A stretch of 64,000 nt of DNA, taken from assembly GCA_002396505.1 (NCBI GenBank), contig DGYA01000124.1:3814-67813 (forward strand), written 5' to 3'. Numbering within the stretch: the first letter of the stretch is position 1; every line of letters begins with the position of its first letter. Source of the DNA: Cyanobacteria bacterium UBA5018 (GTDB lineage: Bacteria; Cyanobacteriota; Cyanobacteriia; PCC-6307; Cyanobiaceae). Shown piece after piece: positions 36,594-45,544 of the stretch. Under the pieces are notes generated by a model that did no database searches, had not been told where the DNA came from, and saw nothing but the letters and a program-made list of their open reading frames with translations. The position numbers and the translations under genes are program-made.

Positions 36594-39500
36594 TCAAGGC
36601 TGGACAGGTTCAGGCAGTACAGGCTCCGTTTGCTTGCTGGCAGGAAACCAATCTGATTCCAGATTCTTCATCAGCACATAGAACGCAGGCACCACAAACA
36701 GACTAGTCACAGTAGCCACCAACAGACCACCAAAGATCACGGAACCAACCGAACGCTGGCTCATGGCGCCGGCACCATGGGCCACCACTAGCGGGAAGAA
36801 ACCAGACAAGGCCGCTGAGGCCGTCATCAGGATTGGGCGCAACCGGGATTCAGCCGCCCCCTTAACAGCCTCCGGAGCCGATAAGCCCGTCTGCATACGC
36901 TGATTAGCTAAATCAACAATTAATATGCCATTCTTAGCGGCTAGGCCGATCAGGGTTACCAGGCCAACCTGGGCATAGACGTTGTTGACTTGATGCATAA
37001 GCACCAAAAACATTAGCGCCCCGAGCATGGCCAAGGGCACAGTCATTAAAATGATCATTGGATCAATATAGCTTCCATACTGAGCTGAAAGCACCAGATA
37101 AACCACAATAATGCCCAGGGCAAATACCAGGGCAGCCAGGGAACCTGCAGCCACTTCAGATCGGCTCAAAGCAGACCAGGCAAAACCGATGTTAGTGAAA
37201 CTAATCTTGCTGAATGCAGACTGCAAAGCCTCGATCGCCTGCCCACTACTCTTACCAAGATTTTCCACTCCCTGAATCAGCACAGTGCGATACAAATTGT
37301 AGTGGCTAATAATCGGTGGAGCACTGTCAAGCTTGACTTTTACCACATTGGCGAGGGGGATCAGTTCGCCGCTGCTGTTAGGTACATAAAGGTTGTCCAG
37401 GTCTTGAACTACGTCTCTTTCCGAGCCTTCAGCCTGCACGTAAACCTGTCGATATTGACCATTCTCATAGGTTTGATTCACAAAAGCTCCACCGTTGAAC
37501 ACCCCCAGCACTTGCATTGCCTTGCTAAAATCTATATTTAGTGAAGCCATGCGATCGCGATCAGGGATTAGCCTCCATACCGGGGCGTCGCTGAGATACT
37601 GGGTATAAAGGTTGAAGAAATTTCCCGATGCCATGGCTTTTTTCACCAATTGCCAGGCCATGTTATATAGATCAGTGGGGCTATATCCACCATTGCTGAG
37701 ATCATTAAACTGGAAGGAAAGTCCCCCTTGGGCGCTGAAGCCTGGCACCGCCGCTGGCGGTGCCGCAAGCACCTTGGCCCCAGGGATAGCTGCAAAAGAT
37801 TTGTTCATCCTTTTAATGATTGCGCCTGCGGATTGATCCGGTGAATTCCGTTCTTCGATTGGCTTGAGTCCGAAGAAGAAAACGCCTTGATTCAGTGCAC
37901 CACCATTAAAACCAAGGCCACCAATCATCTCGCCACTCACCACATCTTCTTCCGCTGCCACAATTTTTCTGGCTTGAGCAGCCACCTCCATCGTGGCATC
38001 AAGTGATGCCTGTGGTGGCAATTGAATGATGCCAAGGCCATAGCCCTGATCTTCAGTGGGCACAAAGCCGGTGGGAATAGCCGTAAATGCCAAACCGGCG
38101 AGCACCACACCAGCTAACAAAACAGCCACCACGATCCTGCGTAGACGGATTACCTGAGCCAGCAGGCGGGAATAGGTATTGGCAAAACTGTCAAACAGTC
38201 GATTGAAACCCCGGAAAATCGGCTGCAAAAATGTACCCACTACTCCCCCCAGCAGCCCAAATCCAATGCACCATGGCCAGCCACCAAACAAGTACCCATA
38301 GCCAGCGCCGAAGGCCGCTCCAATCAAAGTCCAGGCGATCCCTTTGGGCTCCGTCTTGCCACCTCCAAGCAGCAGAGCTGACTGCAGGGGCTTTCCAGAA
38401 ATGGCATTAAAAGTACTGACCACAATTGCAAATACAATTGTGAGCGCAAACTGGCGATAGATTACCCCGGTGGCACCTGGGAAGAAAGTGACTGGCACAA
38501 ATACCGCCAGCAGCACCAAAGCGGTGGCCAAGATTGCGCCTGTTAGCTCCTTCATTGCATTAGAAGCAGCTAAAAACGGGCGCTCGCCTGCTTCAATCCT
38601 GGCCGAAACAGCCTCAACTACCACAATCGCGTCATCTACCACCAAACCGGTGGCGAGAATGATGCCGAGCAGAGTGAGCTCGTTAATAGAAAAACCAAAT
38701 ATTTTAACAAAAATCAGTGCCCCTAGCAGGGCAATTGGCAGGGCCAGGGCTGGCACCATTGTGGCCTTCCAGTCCTGCAGAAATAGAAATATGATTAGTA
38801 AAACCAGCACCACCGCATCCCGCAGGGCATCTAAGGCACCCCAGATCGAGGCATTAATGAAATCAGTCTGGTCGAACACCTTCTCCAAAACAACCCCAGG
38901 CGGCAGGGTCTTCTCAAAGTTTTTGAGCACCACATCAACCTGCTTTGCCGTGTCTATGGCATTGCTTCCCGGCAGCTGGATCACACCAAAACCGACACAG
39001 GGATAACCGGTTTTAGCATTTATAGCAGCTTGATTAAAATTCTGAAAAGCATACTCAGCTCTACCTACATCCCCCAGTCGAATTAAGCTGCCATCTGGTC
39101 CCTTGTCAGAACCCTGCCCACCAGGACCACCGGCTAAAATCAAATTTTCAAATTCTTCTACAGACTTGAGATTTCCCTCCACCAATATTGGATAGGTGGT
39201 TTGATTTTTCGCCGTGGAGGGCGGGCCACCGATAGAGCCACCAACCACTATCTGGTTCTGGGAGCTAAGGGCATCGGTTACAGCCTGTACGGACAGGTTA
39301 AATCGGGCTAGCTTTTGCGGATCTACCCAGAGCCTGTAGGCTGGATTGCTACTGCCAAATACAGTCACTTGGCCCACTCCAGGAGAGCGAGTCAAGGGGT
39401 ATGCCAAATTAAGCTGATACAATCCATTGAGGTAATTACGATCGAATTGCCCCTCAGTAGAGGTGATATTGTAAACCTTCAAATAGCTACTGGCCGTCTG

Positions 39501-39896
39501 CTGAACCGTTACCCCCTGACTATTAACACTAGAGGGCAGCTGAGCCGAAGCAGTATTAACACGATTGAGCACATTGACCTGATCAATGTCAGGATCTGTA
39601 TTAGCCTTAAAAAAGACATTTATCTGACTAGCTCCTTCGCTGGTGCTAAATGATGTGATATAATCCATCCCCGGAGTGCCATTAATTTGCTGCTCAAGGG
39701 GGCCTGTTACGGCACTTTCTACGGTGAGGGCATCGGCACCCGGCAGGTTGGCATTTACCTGAATTGTGGGTGGTGCAATATTTGGCAAATTCTCGATTGG
39801 CAGCAGCGGTAAACTGATCATGCCCGCCAATAAAATCAAGATGCTGCACACCGTGCTCAGCACGGGGCGGCGAATAAAGGTATCTGAAAGACTCAT
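36594..39896 (-). CDS. RND efflux transporter permease (AcrB/HAE1-type)
   Basis: The 1100-aa product has the N-terminus MSLSDTFIRRPVLSTV... and 12 TM segments with two large periplasmic loops. Motifs include GLVVDDAIVVVE and AAKNGILIVD. G+C is clearly lower than the flanks. Confidence 0.95.
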   Translation of the reverse strand: MSLSDTFIRRPVLSTVCSILILLAGMISLPLLPIENLPNIAPPTIQVNANLPGADALTVESAVTGPLEQQINGTPGMDYITSFSTSEGASQINVFFKANTDPDIDQVNVLNRVNTASAQLPSSVNSQGVTVQQTASSYLKVYNITSTEGQFDRNYLNGLYQLNLAYPLTRSPGVGQVTVFGSSNPAYRLWVDPQKLARFNLSVQAVTDALSSQNQIVVGGSIGGPPSTAKNQTTYPILVEGNLKSVEEFENLILAGGPGGQGSDKGPDGSLIRLGDVGRAEYAFQNFNQAAINAKTGYPCVGFGVIQLPGSNAIDTAKQVDVVLKNFEKTLPPGVVLEKVFDQTDFINASIWGALDALRDAVVLVLLIIFLFLQDWKATMVPALALPIALLGALIFVKIFGFSINELTLLGIILATGLVVDDAIVVVEAVSARIEAGERPFLAASNAMKELTGAILATALVLLAVFVPVTFFPGATGVIYRQFALTIVFAIVVSTFNAISGKPLQSALLLGGGKTEPKGIAWTLIGAAFGAGYGYLFGGWPWCIGFGLLGGVVGTFLQPIFRGFNRLFDSFANTYSRLLAQVIRLRRIVVAVLLAGVVLAGLAFTAIPTGFVPTEDQGYGLGIIQLPPQASLDATMEVAAQARKIVAAEEDVVSGEMIGGLGFNGGALNQGVFFFGLKPIEERNSPDQSAGAIIKRMNKSFAAIPGAKVLAAPPAAVPGFSAQGGLSFQFNDLSNGGYSPTDLYNMAWQLVKKAMASGNFFNLYTQYLSDAPVWRLIPDRDRMASLNIDFSKAMQVLGVFNGGAFVNQTYENGQYRQVYVQAEGSERDVVQDLDNLYVPNSSGELIPLANVVKVKLDSAPPIISHYNLYRTVLIQGVENLGKSSGQAIEALQSAFSKISFTNIGFAWSALSRSEVAAGSLAALVFALGIIVVYLVLSAQYGSYIDPMIILMTVPLAMLGALMFLVLMHQVNNVYAQVGLVTLIGLAAKNGILIVDLANQRMQTGLSAPEAVKGAAESRLRPILMTASAALSGFFPLVVAHGAGAMSQRSVGSVIFGGLLVATVTSLFVVPAFYVLMKNLESDWFPASKQTEPVLPEPVQP

Positions 39897-40999
39897 CGGT
39901 TGACCTGGGCTGGATTTACTGGTTGCACGGAAATGCCGCTACGTAACTGGGCCAAATTACCTAGAACCACCTGATCGGCTGCGGTAATTCCCTGGAGAAC
40001 TGGATAGGCTCCAGCCTGCATCTTGCCGAGGCCCACAGGCACCTGGATCGCCACGGGCAGATCCGGACGGGGCTTGGGATCAGGACTTCTAGCAAGCCTT
40101 CTGGTGGCCTCAGCCACGCTGACAGCCAAAAATACAAAGGGCTTGCCGGCCTGCATAAGCACCGCCTGCTGGGGAATCATCAGATTCTGCTGTTTGGAAA
40201 AGATGATTGTTGCGCTAACCCGTTGATTGCTGCGCAGGGCAGCATCCGGGTTGTCAAAAACAGCCTTAACCAGCAAAGTTTGGCGTTGCTTATCCAGGGA
40301 TGGCGCTACGAAAGTAACCGACCCAGTAGCCGCCGGCCGCTTTGGATCTGGCCCCTTAAGAATTACCTGAAGCCCTGGCACCACCCGATCAGCCAGCTCA
40401 CCTGGCACGTCCAACCGCACCCAGAGCTTGCTGTTATCAACCACACTGGCAACCACAGATCCAGCCTGAATAACGTCACCAATTTTATAGTTCAGATTGC
40501 CTACATAGCCGGGGATCGGCGACAACACGTTTTTATAGGCCAGGGTGGCAGAAGATGCCTTAAGCTGGTCATTACTTTGAATCGCCTGGGTGACATAAAA
40601 ATCGCGATCCTTGGTGGAAACCGCACCCTGCTGATTCAGGAAAATATATCGCTCAGCATTAACGCGATCCTTGCGAAATTCAGCGGCATCAGCGTTAACA
40701 CTTGCCTGTTGCTGAATCTGATCCAATACAAATAGCAGTTGCCCCGGGCGCACCCGCTGTCCCTCGTATACCGGCATTTTCACAATGCGACCGGCAATCT
40801 CAGGGGCCAGCCGCACTTCGCGGATCGCCTCAAGCGTGCTCTGATAATCAGCCGAATCCGGATTTACTTCGGGCCGTGGAGTCACCAGCACCACCTGGGG
40901 CGGCGGTGGCAATGGCAGCTGCCTTTCACTGCAGCCCACCAAGCTGCCAACAATCAATAGGCCCAGCAAGCCAGGCGTGATCTGAACCTGACGACGCAC
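39893..40999 (-). CDS. RND efflux periplasmic adaptor (MFP/HlyD family) lipoprotein
   Basis: It has a lipobox (LIVGSLVGCS) and a biotinyl/lipoyl-like hairpin (VRLAPEIAGRIVKMPVYEGQRVRPGQLLFVLD). Its stop overlaps the RND start by 4 nt. Confidence 0.9.
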   Translation of the reverse strand: MRRQVQITPGLLGLLIVGSLVGCSERQLPLPPPPQVVLVTPRPEVNPDSADYQSTLEAIREVRLAPEIAGRIVKMPVYEGQRVRPGQLLFVLDQIQQQASVNADAAEFRKDRVNAERYIFLNQQGAVSTKDRDFYVTQAIQSNDQLKASSATLAYKNVLSPIPGYVGNLNYKIGDVIQAGSVVASVVDNSKLWVRLDVPGELADRVVPGLQVILKGPDPKRPAATGSVTFVAPSLDKQRQTLLVKAVFDNPDAALRSNQRVSATIIFSKQQNLMIPQQAVLMQAGKPFVFLAVSVAEATRRLARSPDPKPRPDLPVAIQVPVGLGKMQAGAYPVLQGITAADQVVLGNLAQLRSGISVQPVNPAQVNR

Positions 41000-41133
41000 A
41001 GTATCAACACATACCCAGGAACACTAACGGAGAAACGCAACAGCCCCCTCCCCCCCAAAAAACAGCCCCCTAACATCCATTACAGTAAATAGCAGTAAGG
41101 AATCTCTGGAAAACCCTAGCCAAGGCCAATTGA

Positions 41134-41195
41134 GCCCTGATGCCGCAAAGGTTCCCGGGTGGCAGGATCGCCGAAATAGCGGGTTTCCAGAGTCT
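41134..41195 (-). promoter_or_regulatory. Dispersed 62-nt element, copy B
   Basis: The reverse complement is 55/62 identical to 11806..11867. It sits 135 nt upstream of the MFP-RND start (40999), directly after the stop codon of the upstream MFP gene. Confidence 0.6.
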
Positions 41196-41197
41196 GG

Positions 41198-42268
41198 TTA
41201 GTCCAACCTGACCGGCTGGCCGTGGCGCAGGTTGATAACGCCGCTGGTGATCACCAGCTCGCCAGGGGCCAGCCCGCTGAGCAAGGGATAGCGAGTGCCC
41301 TGCAGCGGCCCCAGCCGCACGGGGGTCTGCAGGGCAAAGCGGCTGGAGGCGGGCAGTTGGCGCATTTCCGCCAGGGGAGCCTTGCCCGGTTGGCGCTCCA
41401 GGGAAGCCAAATTGCCAACTCGATAAACAAAAGCCTGACCAGCCAGGCTGGTCACTGCGGTGAACGGCACCGAGGCCTGCCAGGCCTGCTCGAACACCAG
41501 CCTGGTAGGCAACCTCATCCCTGCCCGCAAGCGGCCCTTGGCATTGGCAAAGGCGGCCTTCACCAGCAACACCTGGCTGTCCGTACTCACGCCCGGATCG
41601 GCGCTCAGCACCGGCCCCTGGGCCAACTCGCCGCCGGCGGCATCGAACAACCGCACCAACTGGCCCGGCCGCAGTCGATCCGCCAGGTGGGCCGGCAGAT
41701 CGATACGAGCCAAGAGCCGATCGTTACGCAGCAAGCTGCCGATCGGACTGCCGGCCTGAATCACGTCACCGGGCTTGATCCGCACATCGGCCAAAGTGCC
41801 CTCGATCGGGGCGCGCAGTTGCTTGAAGCCCAGATCGGCGCGGCGGGCCACCAGGGCTTCTCGGGCAGCGATGTAGGTCTGGCGGTACTGGTCGCGGTCG
41901 ATCGCGCTGGCGGCACCCTGGCGCACGAGTGCCGCATAGCGTTCAAAATTGAGCTGGCTGGTCTGCATCTGGGCCTGCAGGCTGGCCACCTCTGCCCGCT
42001 GCTGGGTCTGGTCAAGCACCAGCAGCAATTGGCCCCGCTGCACCCGTTCCCCCTGCTGCACCAGCAGCCGCTGCACCCGCCCGCTCGCCTGGGCGGCCAA
42101 CTGGACGCTGGCTGCCGCCTCCAGGGTGCTGACGGTGTCCACCCCATCGGCAAAAGGGGCCTTAGCGATCACCTCGGTGAGCACCCTGACCAGAGGCCGC
42201 TCCGGCGGCCTAGGCCCACAGGCCACCAGCAGCAGGGCAGGCAGCAGCAGTGAAGCAAAACGGCGCAT
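41198..42268 (-). CDS. Second RND/MFP periplasmic adaptor lipoprotein (native high-GC composition)
   Basis: The start is chosen at MRRFASLLLPALLLVACG (lipobox). Motifs include VQLAAQASGRVQRLLVQQGERVQRGQLLLVLD. The ORF is open to 42418. Confidence 0.85.
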   Translation of the reverse strand: MRRFASLLLPALLLVACGPRPPERPLVRVLTEVIAKAPFADGVDTVSTLEAAASVQLAAQASGRVQRLLVQQGERVQRGQLLLVLDQTQQRAEVASLQAQMQTSQLNFERYAALVRQGAASAIDRDQYRQTYIAAREALVARRADLGFKQLRAPIEGTLADVRIKPGDVIQAGSPIGSLLRNDRLLARIDLPAHLADRLRPGQLVRLFDAAGGELAQGPVLSADPGVSTDSQVLLVKAAFANAKGRLRAGMRLPTRLVFEQAWQASVPFTAVTSLAGQAFVYRVGNLASLERQPGKAPLAEMRQLPASSRFALQTPVRLGPLQGTRYPLLSGLAPGELVITSGVINLRHGQPVRLD

Positions 42269-42347
42269 GGGCGGAGCGTATCGCCACAGGACCGATGATG
42301 GCGAATACACATTTATGCCGCCGGTGACCCAGCAGCTCACCCTTGCC

Positions 42348-42420
42348 GCGGCTGCCACTGCCGCCGCTGAAAGTGGCGGGGCTGCCACTGACGCCGCTGA
42401 AAGTGGCGGGGCTGCCACTG
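42348..42420. repeat. 30-nt direct duplication (29/30 identical) plus a partial third unit
   Basis: The units are CCGCCGCTGAAAGTGGCGGGGCTGCCACTG (42361-42390) and ACGCCGCTGAAAGTGGCGGGGCTGCCACTG (42391-42420). Each contains the hairpin CCGCC...GGCGG. Confidence 0.85.
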
Positions 42421-42432
42421 CCGGAGGCTGCC

Positions 42433-44694
42433 TTGGGCGACCTGTTTAGCCACCAGCGAGAGGTCAACCTGGCGCGGCTGGCGCCCCTAGCCGAGCGGCT
42501 CAGGCCCAGGTGTTTGGAGGATTTCGTCGGTCAAGAGGCGATCCTCGGCCCAGGCCGCCTGCTAAGGCGCGCGATTGCCGCCGACCGGGTCGGCAATCTG
42601 ATCCTGCATGGCCCACCAGGCGTGGGCAAGACCACCCTGGCGCGAATCATTGCCGCCACCACCAGATCCCACTTCAGCAGCCTCAATGCCGTGCTGGCGG
42701 GGATCAAGGATCTGCGGGCTGCGGTGGAGGCAGCCCAGCAACGGCTGGAGCGCCATGGACTGCGCTCCACCCTGTTCATCGATGAAGTGCATCGCTTCAA
42801 CAGCGCCCAGCAGGATGCGCTGCTGCCCTGGGTGGAAAACGGCACCCTGACCCTGATCGGCGCCACCACCGAAAACCCTTTCTTTGAAGTGAACAAGGCG
42901 CTGCTGAGCCGCTCGCGCCTGTTTCGCATGCAGCCGCTGGAACCGGCCCAGCTGCAAGCCCTGCTGCAGCGGGCCCTCACCGATCCCGAGCGGGGCTACG
43001 GCGATCGCCAGGTGGCGATCACCCCAGAGGCGGCCGCTCACCTGGTGGATGTGGCCAGTGGCGATGCCCGCAGCCTGCTCAATGCCCTGGAGCTGGCGGT
43101 GGAGACCACCGAACCCAATGGCGATGGGCTGATTCAAATCGATCTGAGCATCGCCGAGGAGTCGATCCAGCAGCGGGCGGTGCTCTACGACAAGCAGGGC
43201 GACGCCCACTTCGACACGATCAGCGCCTTTATCAAGTCGCTGCGGGGCAGTGATCCAGATGCGGCCCTTTTCTGGCTGGCGCGGATGGTGGAAGCCGGCG
43301 AAAATCCTCGCTTCATCTTTCGTCGCCTGCTGATCTCCGCCGGGGAAGACATCGGCCTGGCCGATCCCCAGGCCATGGTGGTGGTGGAAGCCTGCGCGGC
43401 GGCATTTGAACGGGTGGGTCTGCCGGAGGGCCTCTACCCCCTGGCCCAAGCCAGCCTCTACCTGGCAAGCGCCGAGAAGAGCAACAGCCTGCTGGGGGTA
43501 TTTGATGCCCTGCGGCAGGTACGCAACAGCAATGGCCAACAGGTGCCGCCCCACCTGCGCGATGCCAACCGGGATGGCAAGGCCTTCGGCGATGGGGTGG
43601 GCTATCGCTACCCCCATGCCTATGCCGACCACTGGGTGGCCCAGCAATACCTGCCCAAGACGCTCCAGGGTGAGGTTTTCTGGCAACCGGGCAGGTTGGG
43701 CTGGGAAGGGGCCCAGCGCCAACGGCTACAACTGCGCCGGGCCGCCCAGCTGGCCGCGGCGGCCGAAACCGAGCTGGAGCACTGCGAGCTGATCAGTGCC
43801 GGCCCCGCCGATGGCCCCCTGGACCTCTGGCTAAGACGCCAGGCCGCGGCGGAGGGGGAGCGGCTAGATCGGTTGCGCCGCCGCTTTTGGCAGGGGGCCC
43901 AGTGGCAAAGGCACCAGCGGGTATTGGTACTGGGGGCCCGATCGCTGCTCTGGGCCCTCGATCCGCTGGCCGCCACTCCAGAGGGACAGGTGTTGGTGGC
44001 CGTGGAAAGCGCCGCCGATCGCCAGCGTCTGGAAGCCCAGCTGCAGCTGCTCGATACCCTGCGCCGACCGAGCATCCTGCTCTGCCAACCGGAACAGCCA
44101 GCCCTATTGGCAGCCGCGCTAGCGGGGCCAGTGGAATGGGTGGCTGGCCGACAGCCGTTCTGCGGCCTGGCCCCAGCCGCCATCGAGGCCTGGATCACCT
44201 GCCTAGATGCGCGGCTGGCTGGCCAGGGGCACTGGCGACTGTTATTCAGCGTGCCGCAGCTGGGCCCAGCTGGCGGCCTGCTGGCCCTTGGCCAACAGCG
44301 GGATGGGGCCTTAACTGACCTGCTTCAAGAGCTGGCCAAGCTGGAACAACAGGCCCTCGCCCTGGAGTTCGCACCGGCCATCCACTGCCAAAGCTGCCTG
44401 GAGGATCGGCATTGGCGCCTGGATCGAGAGCGCTGGCAGGAGGCTTTGACCATGGAGATAACGCCAAATCGAATTGAGCGCTGGCTCGCCGAGGGCAGTT
44501 CCTGGCGGCGCCAACTGGAAACAGTGGCCAATCGCCGCCTCAGCCAGGGCGAACTGCAGCAACTACAAAGAGGATTTGAGGCAAACCTGGCCCAGTCTTT
44601 GCCACAACAACTGGAACACCTGCTGGTCACCAGCAGGTGTGGCCCGCAGCCCCCCTCGATGGGGCCCGCCAAGCAGACCCATCAAAAGGGCTAA
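42433..44694 (+). CDS. rarA: Replication-associated recombination protein A (RarA/MgsA) with ~330-aa C-terminal extension
   Basis: PLAERLRPRCLEDFVGQEAILGPGRLLRRAI..., Walker A GPPGVGKTT, Walker B LFIDEVHRFN and MgsA_C-like RFIFRRLLISAGEDIGLADPQA are all present. The start is uncertain (TTG 42433 chosen; ORF open from 42343). Confidence 0.9.
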   Translation: MGDLFSHQREVNLARLAPLAERLRPRCLEDFVGQEAILGPGRLLRRAIAADRVGNLILHGPPGVGKTTLARIIAATTRSHFSSLNAVLAGIKDLRAAVEAAQQRLERHGLRSTLFIDEVHRFNSAQQDALLPWVENGTLTLIGATTENPFFEVNKALLSRSRLFRMQPLEPAQLQALLQRALTDPERGYGDRQVAITPEAAAHLVDVASGDARSLLNALELAVETTEPNGDGLIQIDLSIAEESIQQRAVLYDKQGDAHFDTISAFIKSLRGSDPDAALFWLARMVEAGENPRFIFRRLLISAGEDIGLADPQAMVVVEACAAAFERVGLPEGLYPLAQASLYLASAEKSNSLLGVFDALRQVRNSNGQQVPPHLRDANRDGKAFGDGVGYRYPHAYADHWVAQQYLPKTLQGEVFWQPGRLGWEGAQRQRLQLRRAAQLAAAAETELEHCELISAGPADGPLDLWLRRQAAAEGERLDRLRRRFWQGAQWQRHQRVLVLGARSLLWALDPLAATPEGQVLVAVESAADRQRLEAQLQLLDTLRRPSILLCQPEQPALLAAALAGPVEWVAGRQPFCGLAPAAIEAWITCLDARLAGQGHWRLLFSVPQLGPAGGLLALGQQRDGALTDLLQELAKLEQQALALEFAPAIHCQSCLEDRHWRLDRERWQEALTMEITPNRIERWLAEGSSWRRQLETVANRRLSQGELQQLQRGFEANLAQSLPQQLEHLLVTSRCGPQPPSMGPAKQTHQKG

Positions 44695-44710
44695 CAGCAA
44701 GCACTCCAGC

Positions 44711-45544
44711 TCACCAAAGACCGCGAACCGGCTGTTGTGGCATGGGCTGCGCGGGACGGGCCTGGGCCACCGGCTCGAGCACCTGGTTGGCCTGAATGCA
44801 GGCCGGCAGGAATACGTACCAAGAGAACAGTGAGGTGCACTGGCCGGTACCGGGCTTACAAGTGCCTTGGTCACAGACGTTCTGGGCACCGGTATAGGTA
44901 CCGCAAGTGTCGGCCAGTCGCATGTTGGTAGGCAGTTTGGCCATGATCGTGGCGGAGGAGATTTGTCCGTCAGCCGCATCGGCCATGATCGCCGAGCGCA
45001 GGGCCTGAACGGAGGTGCTAGTCATGCCCCAATAAGGGAAATAGCTAGTAGTTTGATTCTTGAGAAATTTCACCCCTTCATCGGAATACAGGAAGCGGGA
45101 CACACCCATCAGATCAACGCTATAGGTCTTTATCATCCCTTGGCGCACTTCTTCAGAAGTCCAACCAGAGCGGTACAGCCCCCCATCAAGTCCGCGATCG
45201 GTAATCGAGCCTGAGTTGAAGAAAGTAGCCATAGCTGATTGGTTGGTGGACCAAACTGCACCACCAGTGTTCCAGCGCACGGGCAGATCGCCCACTTTGT
45301 CGGATACCATACCCGAGGTGTTCATCTGCGGGGGTGGACCGCCAACAAAGTCGAATGCCAAAGCAGGCGCCTGAGCGGAAACCATCAAAGCGCCGCCCGC
45401 CGCTATACCCGCCAAAAGCATCCTGATCGGGCCTGTCACTGGCAACCTACTCAGCAGAGGGTTGCCCAACATAGACATGACTGGCAGAGGCATGGCTGGC
45501 CGACGCTCAGCAGATGGATAGTTGATCGCCAGAGGGTTGATCAT
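44711..45544 (-). CDS. Secreted protein, DUF1400-like central region with Cys-rich C-terminus
   Basis: It has a signal-like N-terminus (IRMLLAGIAAGGALMVSAQAPALA). SVDLMGVSRFLYSDEGVKFLKNQT...VQALRSAIMADAADGQISSATIMAKLP resembles the cyanobacterial DUF1400. The C-terminus carries 6 Cys (CGTYTGAQNVCDQGTCKPGTGQC...). Confidence 0.4.
   Translation of the reverse strand: MINPLAINYPSAERRPAMPLPVMSMLGNPLLSRLPVTGPIRMLLAGIAAGGALMVSAQAPALAFDFVGGPPPQMNTSGMVSDKVGDLPVRWNTGGAVWSTNQSAMATFFNSGSITDRGLDGGLYRSGWTSEEVRQGMIKTYSVDLMGVSRFLYSDEGVKFLKNQTTSYFPYWGMTSTSVQALRSAIMADAADGQISSATIMAKLPTNMRLADTCGTYTGAQNVCDQGTCKPGTGQCTSLFSWYVFLPACIQANQVLEPVAQARPAQPMPQQPVRGLW

Noticed and set aside
42562-43722. 386-aa minus-strand ORF
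   Set aside because: It is antisense to rarA, and the product is Gly/Ala/His/Gln-rich junk.
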